Positions 34,526-48,398 of a stretch of 64,000 nucleotides of DNA are shown here, in pieces. The stretch comes from Macrostomum lignano (lineage: Eukaryota). The stretch lies in assembly GCA_002269645.1 (NCBI GenBank), contig NIVC01001676.1, positions 62,001 to 126,000 on the forward strand. The letters are read 5' to 3'. Every line of letters begins with the position of its first letter. Within the stretch, counting starts at the first letter, position 1. Below the pieces are notes generated by a model. The model was given only the letters and a program-made list of their open reading frames with translations. It did not search any database and was not told where the DNA came from. The translations under genes and the position numbers were made by a program.

Positions 34526-35934
34526 CTGGCGTTCTGAGCAACAAATATGGTATAACACAGACTTTAATTTGAATTTTAATAACTTTGATTTGATGAAGTA
34601 AAATCGTCTGTTTTTTTAAAAACGCTTATGTTTATTCTTATTCATTGTTTATTTTGCATCTATTTATTTATATAGTCTTGTAATTTATCTATATGACATC
34701 CGGAAGTAGATATTGGATTTCGTAATGTTGAGAGGAACCAATTTTTTAGCTAGTACCCCATGCACAGGGAGTCAGGGACTATTAAGTAATAGGGATAGAA
34801 AAATAAAAAAAATTGGAGGCCGATCTATTAATAACTCAGTCCTCAAACACAATGCTTATATAAGGGTTTTACCTTGTAACATTAGTCAGTGGTTTGTGTC
34901 TCACACAAACGGCGGGATTGCGTTAATAACTTATGTGTGTGTGCATTGCGTCAAGGACTGCTTAAGTTAAAGGGTAGGAAACTGTGTTTCTTGAAAATTC
35001 TTAAAGCAGGTTTACGAAAACATACATTACGGAGTGGACGCTGTCATGTTTTTTTCAGCACAAAATGCATTGTAGAGACGGACAAAAAATGATAATTTTT
35101 TATATGCATGTCTCATCATTCCAATGGCTCTATTGATTCATAAAGCTTTTCGTATAGAAAATTAGGATACTTTTTAATTGTGTAACCCCACGTACATGAC
35201 TTGTGCATAAAATAAAAAATGGCACAGCTCCACTCATTATTTAAATGAATCTATTTTATCATTCGATCATGCGCAGTTTCACATTCTGTTACCTAGTCAG
35301 CAAAGAATTTAGTGGTATTTAATTTTACTGTTTTTTGTGAGCAGTAAAATTTGCGTTTTTGCGACAAAGCCCTCAAAACGTCCAAAAGCTCTCATTTTCC
35401 GCATTGTAGAAAATGCTGCCAAGCCATCCCAAAAAGTAATTCCTGGTTATACTGATCCAGGTTATCCATGTTTAGTAATCGACGCGAGGCCAGGATATTC
35501 GGTGAATAAGAAGCTACTAGCTATACCCCCACTAGTAGGGCATCGAATGCGATTTATATACTTGAGAGCTAAGGGTTCGCTCAGAGATCGAGTAACATGC
35601 ACTACTTGAGTAATTGTGATTGTAAGACACATAGAAATACTCGTAGCTGACAATGGCGCAGCAGGTCGCATGTTTAAATAGAACACCAGGTGATCCCAAG
35701 TTATTCCAACAGCCTTATTTTTGGGTTCAGGGTTGCTTGATCAAATGCACCGGGACTGGTTGTTATTAGCTGCTCCGGTTACTATAGCAACCCGAACCAT
35801 ACAACTTGTCACTTTAAAGCCAATCACCTCATGGTCCCCAACGTACATTTCATCCTCGGGAGGTTTCAGTGAGTCAAAAAATCCTGATTATTTTTTTCAA
35901 AAAACTCAGGCGCCTGTCGTGGACACCCGACAGA

Positions 35935-35945
35935 AAGACAGATAT

Positions 35946-35982
<37 letters not shown>

Positions 35983-35995
35983 TAGACAGACAGTG
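35935..35995. repeat. Short (GACA/GATA)n microsatellite
   Basis: Read directly. Confidence 0.85.
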
Positions 35996-36662
35996 AAAGC
36001 ATAGCGCTTTATCCACTACTCGAACAAGTAGCACAGCTGCATCAAACATCATTAGTATAAAAAGCAGTGGTCTAATAAATCAATGATTGTCTGTCTCGGA
36101 AACTTCGAATCCAATTACACTGACACCTCGGGGCAACCTCAGCGGACAGTCGGGGGGGGGGGGGGGGGTAAAGTTGCGCAAGCAGCAGCGCTCAAAAAGA
36201 AGATTGCCAATTTACTAAACCGCGGCCGGGCCCAGCTGGCCTCCTAAGCTCGAATTCGCACCTCAATCGCTCTGATTGAGGCCTGTCACAAGCGATGAGA
36301 GATTCTGCCCTGGCCTGGCCAGGTGATGCAACCTCGAGTTGGAGCTCGAGCCGGCTAAGAAATTAGTTTTTTTAGCTGGACATCTTCCCTGCTGGCCCGG
36401 ACTGGTTCCTCAATTAAACTGACGGTTGCGGACCCCGCCGTGCCGCTTATCTCACAGTTGGCCATTCGGCCTACTTAAACAAAGACTGACTCAAATATAG
36501 ATGGCGAAAAAAATAGCTTAGTAAACAGACAGACATGTAAAATCTGTTCGGTATTCACTTTCATGCACATTTGAAGGCATTCCATCCAAAGTATTTATCT
36601 TCATATAATCAACTTTTCGCTCTATTGTTTTAACGTTGTTCTTTGTTCTCTTGGTTTCCTAC

Positions 36663-38900
36663 TCCGCTCCCCTCTCCGCTCCCCTCTCCACTCCCCTCTC
36701 CGCTCCCCTCACCGCTCCCCTCTCCGCTCCCCTCTCCGCTTTTCTTTCCGCTCCCCTCTCCGCTCCCCTCGACACTTTTCTTTCCGCTCCCCTCTCCGCT
36801 TCCCTTTCCGCCCCCTCTCCGCTCTTCTTTCCGCTCCCCTCTCCGCTTCCCTCTCCGCTTTTCTTTCCGCTCCCCTTTCCGCTCCCCTCTCGGCTTTTCT
36901 TTCCGCTCCCCTCTCCGCTTTTCTTTCCGCTCCCCTCTCCGCTCCCCTCTCCGCTTCCCTCTCCGCTCCCCTCTCCGCTCCCTCTCTGCTTTCTTTCCGC
37001 TCCTCTCCGCTCCCCTCTCCGCTCCCCTCTCCGCTCCCTCTCCGCTCCCTCTCCGCTTTTCTTCCGCTCCCCTTTCCGCTCCCCTCTCGGCTTTTCTTTC
37101 CGCTCCCCTCTCCGCTTTTCTTTCCGCTCCCCTCTCCGCTCCCCTCTCCGCTTTTCTTTCCGCTTCCCTCTCCGCTTTTCTTTCTGCTCCCCTCTCCGCT
37201 CCCCTCTCCGCTCCCCTCTCCGCTCCCCTCTCCGCTCCCCTCTCCGCTCCCCTCTCCGCTTCCCTTTCCGCTCCCTCTTCGCTTTTCTTTCCGCTCCCCT
37301 CTCCGCTTTTCTTTCCGCTCCCCTCTCCGCTCCCCTCTCCGCTCCCCTCTCCGCTTCCCTCTCCGCTCTCCTCTCCGCTTTTTTTTCGCTTCCGTCTCCG
37401 CTCCCCTCTCCGCTCCCCTCTCCGCTCCCCTCTCCGCTTTTCTTTCCGCTCCCCTCTCCGCTCCCCTCTCCGCTTTTCTTTCCGCTCCCCTCTCCGCTTC
37501 CCTCTCCGCTCCCCTCTCCGCTCCCCTCTCCGCTTCCCTCTCCGCTTTTCTTTTCGCTTCCCTCTCCGCTCTCCTCTCCGCTCCCCTCTCCGCTCCCCTC
37601 TCCGCTCCCCTCTCCGCTTTTCTTTCCGCTCCCCTTTCCGCTCCCCTCTCGGCTTTTCTTTCCGCTCCCCTCTCCGCTTTTCTTTCCGCTCCCCTCTCCG
37701 CTCCCCTCTCCGCTTCCCTCTCCGCTTTTCTTTTCGCTTCCCTCTCGGCTCCCCTCTCCGCTTTTCTTTCCGCTCCCCTCTCCGCTTTTCTTTCCGCTCC
37801 CCTCTCCGCTTCCCTTTCCGCTCCCTCTTCGCTTTTCTTTCCGCTCCCCTCTCCGCTTTTCTTTCCGCTCCCCTCTCCGCTCCCCTCTCCGCTCCCCTCT
37901 CCGCTTCCCTCTCCGCTCTCCTCTCCCGCTTTTTTTCGCTTCCGTCTCCGCTCCCCTCTCCGCTCCCCTCTCCGCTCCCCTCTCCGCTTTTCTTTCCGCT
38001 CCCCTCTCCGCTTCCCTCTCCGCTTTTCTTTTCGCTTCCCTCTCGGCTCCCCTCTCCGCTTTTCTTTCCGCTCCCCTCTCCGCTTCCCTCTCCGCTTTTC
38101 TTTTCGCTTCCCTCTCGGCTCCCCTCTCCGCTTTTCTTTCCGCTCCCCTCTCCGCTTTTCTTCCCGCTTCCCTCTCGGCTCCCCTCTCCGCTTTTCTTTC
38201 CGCTCCCCTCTCCGCTCCCCTCTCCGCTTTTCTTTCCGCTCCCCTCTCCGCTCCCCTTTCCGCTCCCTTCTCCGCTCCCCTCTCCGCTCCCCTCTCCGCT
38301 CCCCTCTCCGCTCCCCTCTCCGCTCCCCTCTCCGCTTTTCTTTCCGCTTCCCTCTCCGCTTTTCTTTCTGCTCCCTCTCCGCTCCCTCTCCGCTCCCGCT
38401 CTCCGCCTCTCTCCGCTCCCCTCGTCCGCTCCCCTCTCCGCTCCCTCTCCGCTCCCCTCTCCGCTTTTCTTTCCACTCCCCTCTCCGCTCCCTCTCCGCT
38501 TTTCTTTCCGCTCCCCTCTCCGCTCCCCTTTCCGCTCCCCTCTCCGCTTTTCTTTCCGCTCCCCTCTCCGCTCCACTCTCCGCTCCCCTCTCCGCTTTTC
38601 TTTCCGCTCCCCTCTCCGCTTTTTTTCCGCTCCCCTCTCCGCTTTTCTTTCCGCTCCCCTCTCCGCTTTTCTTTCCGCTCCCCTCTCCGCTCCCCTCTCC
38701 GCTTTTCTTTCTGCTCCCCTCTCCGCTCCCTCTCCGCTCCCCTCTCCGCTCCCTCCCTCTCGCTCCCCCTCTCCGCTCCCCTCTCCGCTCCCCTCTCCGC
38801 TCCCTCTCCGCTCCCTCTCCGCTCCCCTCTCCCGCTCCCCTCTCGCTCCCCTCTCCGCTCCCCTCTCCCGCTCCCCTCTCCGCTCCCTTTCGCTCCCTTC
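36663..38900. repeat. 12-bp pyrimidine-rich minisatellite (CCGCTCCCCTCT / CCGCTTTTCTTT)n, about 2.2 kb
   Basis: Read directly. Confidence 0.96.
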
Positions 38901-39685
38901 TTCGCGCCAATTCCCTCCGCACTCTGCCATCGGCCTCCTATCGTTATCGCAAAGCCGAAATCGCTGAGCCACCCGCCAGAGCAGCCGTCCCACCCAGAGG
39001 CCAGGCAGGGTAGCGATGGCCAGCAGGTGCTAATTAGGGTCACCCGATGCTCAAACGCTCACCTGTGGCGCTGCGTTGCGTAGCGGTGTTGCGTTTATCG
39101 CATCTGACCCTAAACCGCCGAGCGCAGAAGTTGCCAACTCCGCCCCCACCCCAATAGATCCAGTTGACCCATATTCAAATTCATATCGGAAAATTTCATA
39201 AATTAGCGAGTTGCGCGACCCAACACTGTGGGATCAACGGCGGCGATAGCTGCCGAGTCGAGGCAGGTTAATCAGAATGACGTCACGGATGCGACTACCA
39301 GCATTTTTTTACGGCTTTTTTTTGAACATGTTTGCGCCCAAGATTGACGCTTTCTTTCCTGTTTTTTTAACTGATCTGACAGCAAATTGATAGAGGAACT
39401 GGCGGCTGACGCAATCGGGGCAGCCAAAATTGGAGCGCAAAGTCACCGTTTTTATGTTGCAAAATTCATCTCTGGCACATCTCTACTTTGTGAGGGAGCT
39501 TCTCTGGTCCGCTGCATCACCTAGCTTTTCCCACAGTGTCTATCCCCTTCTGCACCTCCCTCTGTGCCTCCCTCCAACCCTTTGCCTCCCTCCGCTCACT
39601 GTCTCCCCCTCAGTCTCCCTCACTGTCTCCCTCTATGGCCTGCCTCTTTGTCTCCCTCCCCATCTCCGGACTCCCTCTCCCCTCC

Positions 39686-39686
39686 G

Positions 39687-39766
<80 letters not shown>

Positions 39767-39777
39767 TTCTCTCTCTT

Positions 39778-39822
<45 letters not shown>

Positions 39823-40460
39823 TTCTTCACCTTCAGTCTCCCTTTCTGCTTCCCTCTCTGCCTCTTACTCCGTCTCTCTCTCTCCCTCCCCTCCCTCTCT
39901 GTCTCCCTCTGTCTCCCTCTCTGTCTCCCTCTCTGTCTCCCTCTCTGTCTCCCTCTCTGTCTCCCTCTCTGTCTCCCTCTCTGTCTCCCTCTCTGTCTCC
40001 CTCTCTGTCTCCCTCTCTGTCTCCCTCTCTGTCTCCCATTCTGTCTCCCTCTGTCTCCCCTCCCTCTCTGTCTCCCTCTCTGTCTCCCTCTCTGTCTCCC
40101 ATTCTGTCTCCCTCTGTCTCCCCTCCCTCTCTGTCTCCCTCTCTGTCTCCCTCTCTGTCTCCCATTCTCTCTCCCTCTGTCTCCCCTCCCTCTCTGTCTC
40201 CCTCTGTCTCCCTCTCTGTCTCCCTCTCTGTCTCCCTCTCTGTCTCCCTCTCTGTCTCCCTCTCTGTCTCCCTCTCTGTCTCCCTCTCTGTCTCCCTCTC
40301 TGTCTCCCTCTGTCTCCCCTCCCTCTCTGTCTCCCTCTCTGTCTCCCTCTCTGTCTCCCATTCTGTCTCCCTCTCTGTCTCCCCTCCCTTCTCTCTCTTC
40401 CTGTCTATCCCCCTCTCCTTCTCCCCCTCTTTCTCCCCCTCTTTCTCCCCCTCTGTCTCC
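39686..40460. repeat. (CT)n followed by a 12-bp (TCTCCCTCTCTG)n array
   Basis: Read directly. Confidence 0.93.
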
Positions 40461-41281
40461 CTCTCTATCACAATCTGTTTTGTTCTTTTCCCGCCGCCTT
40501 CGCAGCCTCCATCGCCCCGCACTTTTTGAAACACCGAACTGCTTTCACTGCGGTCATCAATATAAAAAGGATGTTGAAGATGAGTTCAGGCCGAGAAGGA
40601 GACAGAGGGGGACGGAGCTGCGAGAACACGCGAAAATCCCCGAGGGAAGATCAGTGGTGGGTCATTGGAAATCCGCAGGACCCCCAACCCCCCAGCCAGG
40701 GACCCCCCGCAGCGCGGTCTTCTTCCACCCACCCCTTCACCTCCTTGGCCGGCGATTTTCACCTCGGCCGGAGCGACTTAGCTCATTGCGCAACACTACA
40801 TTCGCAACTCCTCTCCCCCCCCCCCGGGGAGCCAATGGCACGCAGGGCAATTCTCATCGCGCCTTGTCACGGGACAGCCCGACCGACCTCCCATCCTGAC
40901 CCCGGGGACCCTTTTTGCCACAGGGCGGGCAGGGGGTGGTAGCCCGGCTCCGGGGGTAGAAGGCCGCAGCGACCCTTTAAAGAAGGTCGACCCCCAGACC
41001 GGAGGGATTACGAAGTTCGCGAGACGGACGCGACCCTCATAGAAGCAGCCGGGGCATTGTTATTGCGCACTCCAGCGAGAAACAACAATACAGAATAGAG
41101 AACAAAAGCTTGTGCAAAAAAGCAGAAGAAGAAGAAGAATCGATTGCGCCAGAATCTCTGCGTCAGGAATGTTTGGTGAGTACCTGAGCTTGCATCATTA
41201 TTCGTTAAAGTAACTATTCACTCGTATGAGTGCATGTAACTAAAAGGTCTGCGCAACTCAAAACCTCTCGCAGGCTCGACA

Positions 41282-41555
41282 ATGCAGATGACGGGCAGCT
41301 ACTCAATTGATTTCGACTTGCTAGCCGAACCGGCTCAGAAACAACAGCTTCATCAGCAGCTTCAGCTTCCTCATCAGCCACAGCTGCAGTTTCACCAGCC
41401 GCTGCAGCAGCAGCAGCAGCATGCGGCTGTGCCCTCGTCCTACAGCCTGACTCAGCCGGTGTTTCCATCTGTAGATTCGCATCACGGACAGAGTGTCCAC
41501 CAGCAGCAGCAACATCTGCAGCAACAGCAGCAGCACCTTCAGCACCACCAGCAGC
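41282..41555 (+). CDS. Unidentified poly-Gln/His protein, 5' coding part (runs into the gap)
   Basis: MQMTGSYSIDFDLLAEP...QQQQ; preceded by a probable 5'UTR intron (GTGAGT donor at 41176, CTCTCGCAG acceptor near 41272). Confidence 0.6.
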
Positions 41556-42271
41556 NNNNNNNNNNNNNNNNNNNNNNNNNNNNNNNNNNNNNNNNNNNNN
41601 NNNNNNNNNNNNNNNNNNNNNNNNNNNNNNNNNNNNNNNNNNNNNNNNNNNNNNNNNNNNNNNNNNNNNNNNNNNNNNNNNNNNNNNNNNNNNNNNNNNN
41701 NNNNNNNNNNNNNNNNNNNNNNNNNNNNNNNNNNNNNNNNNNNNNNNNNNNNNNNNNNNNNNNNNNNNNNNNNNNNNNNNNNNNNNNNNNNNNNNNNNNN
41801 NNNNNNNNNNNNNNNNNNNNNNNNNNNNNNNNNNNNNNNNNNNNNNNNNNNNNNNNNNNNNNNNNNNNNNNNNNNNNNNNNNNNNNNNNNNNNNNNNNNN
41901 NNNNNNNNNNNNNNNNNNNNNNNNNNNNNNNNNNNNNNNNNNNNNNNNNNNNNNNNNNNNNNNNNNNNNNNNNNNNNNNNNNNNNNNNNNNNNNNNNNNN
42001 NNNNNNNNNNNNNNNNNNNNNNNNNNNNNNNNNNNNNNNNNNNNNNNNNNNNNNNNNNNNNNNNNNNNNNNNNNNNNNNNNNNNNNNNNNNNNNNNNNNN
42101 NNNNNNNNNNNNNNNNNNNNNNNNNNNNNNNNNNNNNNNNNNNNNNNNNNNNNNNNNNNNNNNNNNNNNNNNNNNNNNNNNNNNNNNNNNNNNNNNNNNN
42201 NNNNNNNNNNNNNNNNNNNNNNNNNNNNNNNNNNNNNNNNNNNNNNNNNNNNNNNNNNNNNNNNNNNNNNN
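41556..42271. other. Assembly gap, 716 N
   Basis: Run of N. Confidence 0.99.
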
Positions 42272-42533
42272 TGCCCTGGCGACAGGCCTGCGAGGACCTC
42301 AACGCATGGACTGACCGGCGGTTCATCGCCTTCGTTGGCGAGCATCAGCGGCTGCTGCGGGACAGGCGGCCGATGAAGCTGCGCCGTTGGAGCAGCTGAG
42401 CTCCCAGCAGCAGCAGCAGCAGCAGCACCAGACATCCGCCTACTTCAGCGTCAACTCCCAGATGCTGTCGGGTGAGCAGCAGCAGCAGCGACAGCACAAG
42501 TACAGCCCAGCCTCCGCCGCCGCCGCCTACTGA
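42272..42533 (+). CDS. Probable 3' end of the poly-Gln gene, with an apparent 1-nt frameshift at about 42365-42371
   Basis: PWRQACEDLNAWTDRRFIAFVGEHQRLLRD, then a shifted frame DEAAPLEQLSSQQQQQQQHQTSAYF...SPASAAAAAY* (TGA at 42531); an AT-rich, 3'UTR-like sequence follows. Confidence 0.5.
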
Positions 42534-42896
42534 CGCAACCGGAGAGGCCAAAATTTTATCCGCAAATAATTTTAAATTTTATTTTTTTAACAGTTTTTTC
42601 CAGTTCAATTTCCGCTGCTAGAAGAAGAAAATTGTATCATATTTTTGTATCAATCTACAATTGAATTAACAGTTAATTAAGACCGCATATTCCATGTCCG
42701 ATCTGCACTGAAGCTGCTTAACGCCTGTACTTTTAAGCATGCACTTTATTGAAATCTTTGTTACAGTGAACAAATATAAAATACAAAATGCTTTTCTTTG
42801 TTTAGTTTTGTTTCAATGAAAATTATAATTTAATTACACCGAACTGTTCAGAGTCAAGTTATTTCTGACCAAAATGGCAGACAGGCTGATCCCAGT

Positions 42897-43850
42897 TCCT
42901 GATCCTTCAATCCCTGATCCTTCAGTCCCTGATCCTTCAGTCCCTGATCCTTCAGTCCCTGATCCTTCAATCCCTAATCCTTCAGTCCCTGATCATTCAG
43001 TCCCTGATCCTTCAGTCCCTGATCCTTCAGTCCCTGATCCTTCAGTCCCTGATCCTTCAGTCCCTGATCCTTCAGTCCCTGATCCTTCAGTCCCTGATCA
43101 TTCAGTCCCTGATCCTTCAGTCCCTGATCCTTCAATCCCTGATCCTTCAGTCCCTGATCCTTCAGTCCCTGATCCTTCAGTCCCTGATCCTTCAGTCCCT
43201 GATCCTTCAGTCCCTGATCCTTCAGTCCCTGATCCTTCAGTCCCTGATCCTTCAGTCCCTGATCCTTCAGTCCCTGATCCTTCAGTCCCTGATCCTTCAG
43301 TCCCTGATCCTTCAGTCCCTGATCCTTCAGTCCCTGATCCTTCATTCCCTTATCCTTCAGTCCCTGATCCTTCAGTCCCTGATCCTTCAGTCCCTGATCC
43401 TTCAGTCCCTGATCCTTCAGTCCCTGATCCTTCAGTCCCTGATCCTTCAGTCCCTGATCCTTCAGTCCCTGATCCTTCAGTCCCTGATCCTTCAGTCCCT
43501 GATCCTTCAGTCCCTGATCCTTCAGTCCCTGATCCTTCAGTCCCTGATCCTTCAGTCCCTGATCCTTCAGTCCCTGATCCTTCAGTCCCTGATCCTTCAG
43601 TCCCTGATCCTTCAGTCCCTGATCCTTCAGTCCCTGATCCTTCAGTCCCTGATCCTTCAGTCCCTGATCCTTCAGTCCCTGATCCTTCAGTCCCTGATCC
43701 TTCAGTCCCTGATCCTTCAGTCCCTGATCCTTCAGTCCCTGATCCTTCAGTCCCTGATCCTTCAGTCCCTGATCCTTCAGTCCCTGATCCTTCAGTCCCT
43801 GATCCTTCAGTCCCTGATCCTTCAGTCCCTGATCCTTCAGTCCCTGATCC
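42897..43850. repeat. Homogeneous 15-bp minisatellite (CCTGATCCTTCAGTC)n, about 63 copies
   Basis: Read directly. Confidence 0.97.
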
Positions 43851-44934
43851 CAGTTTCTAAGTTCTATCCTAAATCCCTCATTCGAAATCCCAATTCATGA
43901 TCTTCAAATCCTCATTTCCACATCTAAATTCCAGATCCCAGTCCCCTACTCGGCATCTATTCGAGCTAATGTTGCCAGTTCCGGTTGAGCAGTGAGGCAC
44001 TGAAGTGCCTGGACTCCGCAGCCTGTTTACTGTTTAAGCAAACACGGATTTGTTAGTTTTGAATTGGACAAAAACCCAAAGACAAAGACTTTGAAGCAAA
44101 ACAGTGAAACACCTTTTTAAGTCTGCTTTTTAGCCAACAGAAAGAAGAGGCAGAGGTTGGCGGTGGAAGCTTTTATTTGATTTGAGTGACCCCTCACTCT
44201 CCACTCCAGTCGCGCATCCCATTGAAGCAGCTGGACAGCTCCCATCTAGGTAAGAGGGAGGAGCCCAATGAGCGGGTGAGGTTCAAGTGGCGCCACTTCA
44301 CCATGGGCACTGATTTCTGAGCAGAGCTTCTCAACTAACTGAGCCACTCGAGTTTTGCTACATGCTCATCAGCTCTTCACACAGGCTGAGCATCTGGACT
44401 CAACAAGCAACACTGGGGTTCGAACTTCGGCCCCCTACTCTCGCCATCTGTTTTAGTGCAAGCAGCACAGGTTGATGGGCGGACAGAGTTGACAGGAGGG
44501 GCTGTTTTCGGGTCTATCGGCATTTCCCAACAATTTTCTTAACTTTCCGATCCCACGAGTTTGGGATTTGTTGCGTGACGGGCGAAAAGGGGGGGGGTGA
44601 AGGGCGAAAATTCCCTTCTGTCAAGCTCGGGGGAAAAAGGTTGTTGGTTGTTTGATTGCGTCAGAGCGCAGTGGCGCAACCTGCCCTTCTTCTCCTTCGG
44701 CCCCCCTCTGGCTTTGCTTTTTTATTTAATTCCGTATAATTTGACGCACTGGGTTCCCCTTTTCCCCATTCAAAGTTTAAACTTTCGGCTATTCCAGCCC
44801 ACTGAAGCGCCTGGCTTGTCTCTCCTTTTCGATTCGTCTTATTGTTGGCATTGTGGACTGGATTTAACTCTGAGTCACCGCCTGCGGAAGTGGATGAGCT
44901 ATTACAGTCGGTTTAGTCCATTCGGTTGCTCTCA

Positions 44935-45550
44935 GCCACTTTCACTCACTCTAAGTCACTCTCAGTCACCCTCAGTCACTCTTAGTCACTTTCAGTCACT
45001 CTCAGTCACTTTAAGTCTCTCTCAGTCACTCTCAGTCACTTTCAGTCTCTCTCAGTCACTCCTAGGCTCACTCCTTTGGCAGCCACTCTCACTCACTCCT
45101 AGGCTTTGGCAGCCACTCTCACTCACTCTCAGTCACTCTCAGTCACTTTCAGTCACTCTCAATCACTCTCAGTCACTCTTAGTCACTCTCAGTCACTCTC
45201 AGTCACTCTCAGTCACTTTCAGTCACTCTCAATCACTCTCAGTCACTCTCAGTCACTTTCAGTCTCTCTCAGTCACTCCTAGGCTTTGGCAGCCAATCTC
45301 ACTCACTCTCTCACTCTCAGTCACTTTCAGTCCCTCCCAGTCACTCTCAGTCACTCTTAGTCACTCTCAGTCACTTTCAGTCACTCTCAGTCACTCTAAG
45401 TCATTTTAAGTCTCTCTCAGTCACTCCTAGGCTTTGTCAGCCACTCTCACTCACTCTCAGTCACTTTCAGTCATTCTCAATCATTTCAGTCACTCTCAGC
45501 CATTTTTAGTCACTCTCAGCCACCCACACTCACTCTCAGTCACTCTCAGT
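44935..45550. repeat. 10-bp minisatellite (CAGTCACTCT)n
   Basis: Read directly. Confidence 0.9.
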
Positions 45551-46495
45551 GACCCAGGCACTCTCATTTTATCAAACAGTCATTCTCACTCAGGTTCACC
45601 TTCAATAACATCCAGTCGCATTCAGTCAGCTTGTGAGTATTCCATTGTGTATCCTTGGCCGCGATAATAGCCAAGTATGAAATGAATAATTGTTACAAAA
45701 TTGGCACTGGAGCAAACCAAGAACAAACTTTTATCTAAAACCAACAATGAACAACCACACGTTGGCTGCATTGAATCAGCTCTGACTCCTGATAATAGCC
45801 CGATTAACTGCGATTATCAAAATTGAATTGAGGCGTGAAGTCTCACCTTGCACCTCTGGGCATGGCCCCTATTGTTCGGAGTCATATCATTTATTATTAT
45901 TGCTATTATTGAAAGATAAACAGCAGGTCAAAGTGAGGAAAGCGCTAATACCTTTGATATTTCGTTGAGGTGGGTTGGTGACACAAGAAGGATATTGAAA
46001 GCGACACATCCGTCTTGGTTACAATCCCCCACCCCCGAGGTTCTAATCTGAAGTGACATCTCCTGCGGGTTGCAATGTGCACGTCAGGGGTTCCCAAATT
46101 GCATCACGACTGTCCCGGCGACCCCTACAGGCAGTTTTATCGCCTGCTTATCTCCGGAGTTGGGGAGGGGGGGGGGTTGGGTGGCAATGGACGACTGACC
46201 GAGTCTTATCAAAGCCAACTCTGCCTACTGTGTCAGGAGCTGCCGACCAACGCTGGTTCAGGCCGGCTTAGCAACACCAACTTCTGGTGGATGTATTTGC
46301 TTCACTGATTTATTCATGAGGCTGACTTGAAGCAAAAGAGGCATTGTCAAGCACAAGTTGGTGATGACCCAACAGCAGGTGTTTAGAAAAAATATCAAGG
46401 CTTTTTTTTCCTTTTTTTAGTTTGTAGTCAAGTGTCAGCACTTAAGTCAGCAATTGTGAAACCACCTGACTGAGGGGGGGGGGAGAATGAAGTGC

Positions 46496-46825
46496 GCGCT
46501 TATGATACTGCGCGCTTATAACACTGCGCGCTTATGACACTGCGCGCTTATGACACTGCGCGATTATGACACTGCGCACTTATGACACTTCGCGCTTATG
46601 ACACTGCGCGCTTATGACACTGCGCGCTTATGACACAGCGCGATTATGACACTGCGCGATTATGACACTGCGCACTTATGACACTGCGCGGTTATGACAC
46701 TGCGCGCTTATGACACTGCGCGCTTATGAAACTGCGCGGTTATGACACTGCGCGCTTATGACACTGCGCGCTTATGAAACTGCGCGCTTATGAAACAGGC
46801 GTGTTGATGACACTGCGCGCTTACG
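46496..46825. repeat. 16-bp CpG-rich minisatellite (TTATGACACTGCGCGC)n
   Basis: Read directly; about 19 copies. Confidence 0.93.
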
Positions 46826-47468
46826 AACAGGCGTGCTAATGTATTCGAGTGACGCGGCGATGCAGTGCGGCCAAGAACGATCAAGCTAACATCGCACCAA
46901 GCAACATCAAAGCCACGAAAGTTTTACTTCGAAGATCAGCTAGAATTCTAAGAAACTGAATTCGGGGAAAAGTCGAATTGCGATAAAAATTCGCGCCAGG
47001 ACTCGCTGACCCAGCCGCGTAGCAACAAGTGAGAGAATATTGTTTAGCTTTGTGGCACGGTTGTTGAGAAAATGTGGAGCTGCGTGGCGCAATGCTGTGG
47101 AAGTCAACATTGAGAGCAGAGCTCAAGCATATCAGGGGAGAAGAAAGTTACTCAACACGTTTGAAGCTTTTAAGTGCAATCTATTGGCCAAACATTCAGC
47201 GAAAACATTTCCCGAAACCTAAATAAATGGGAATATTGAGGGCGTTGCGCCAGAGACATGGGAGATTAAGGCGTGATCAGTCCGCACCCAGAGAGGTGGC
47301 GCTGCGTCACCCACCGCGGTCTCCAGGCTCATAATGGCCGCACAGCCCGAGCTGGAGAGCTTTCGGTGTCTCCTCGTTTTGCACGACTTTTGGCAACTAC
47401 GAAGCACACTTACACAATAGGGGTTGTTTGCTGTGGCAACGAACGACTCACTGTTTGCTTTGGCAGAT

Positions 47469-48398
<930 letters not shown>

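Noticed and set aside
36630-40942. 700-800-aa ORFs (GERRGE/PLPS) and SLSL ORFs
   Set aside because: Artefacts of 12-bp and CT repeats that lack stop codons in several frames
42874-43860. 328-aa (PDPSV)n ORF with ATG and stop
   Set aside because: A pure 15-bp array is necessarily open in this frame; there is no unique coding sequence and no expression evidence, so it is not called, although RNA-seq could overturn this
47285-47305. CTCF-like motif AGAGGTGGCGCTG
   Set aside because: Only the 3' half matches and it is a single occurrence
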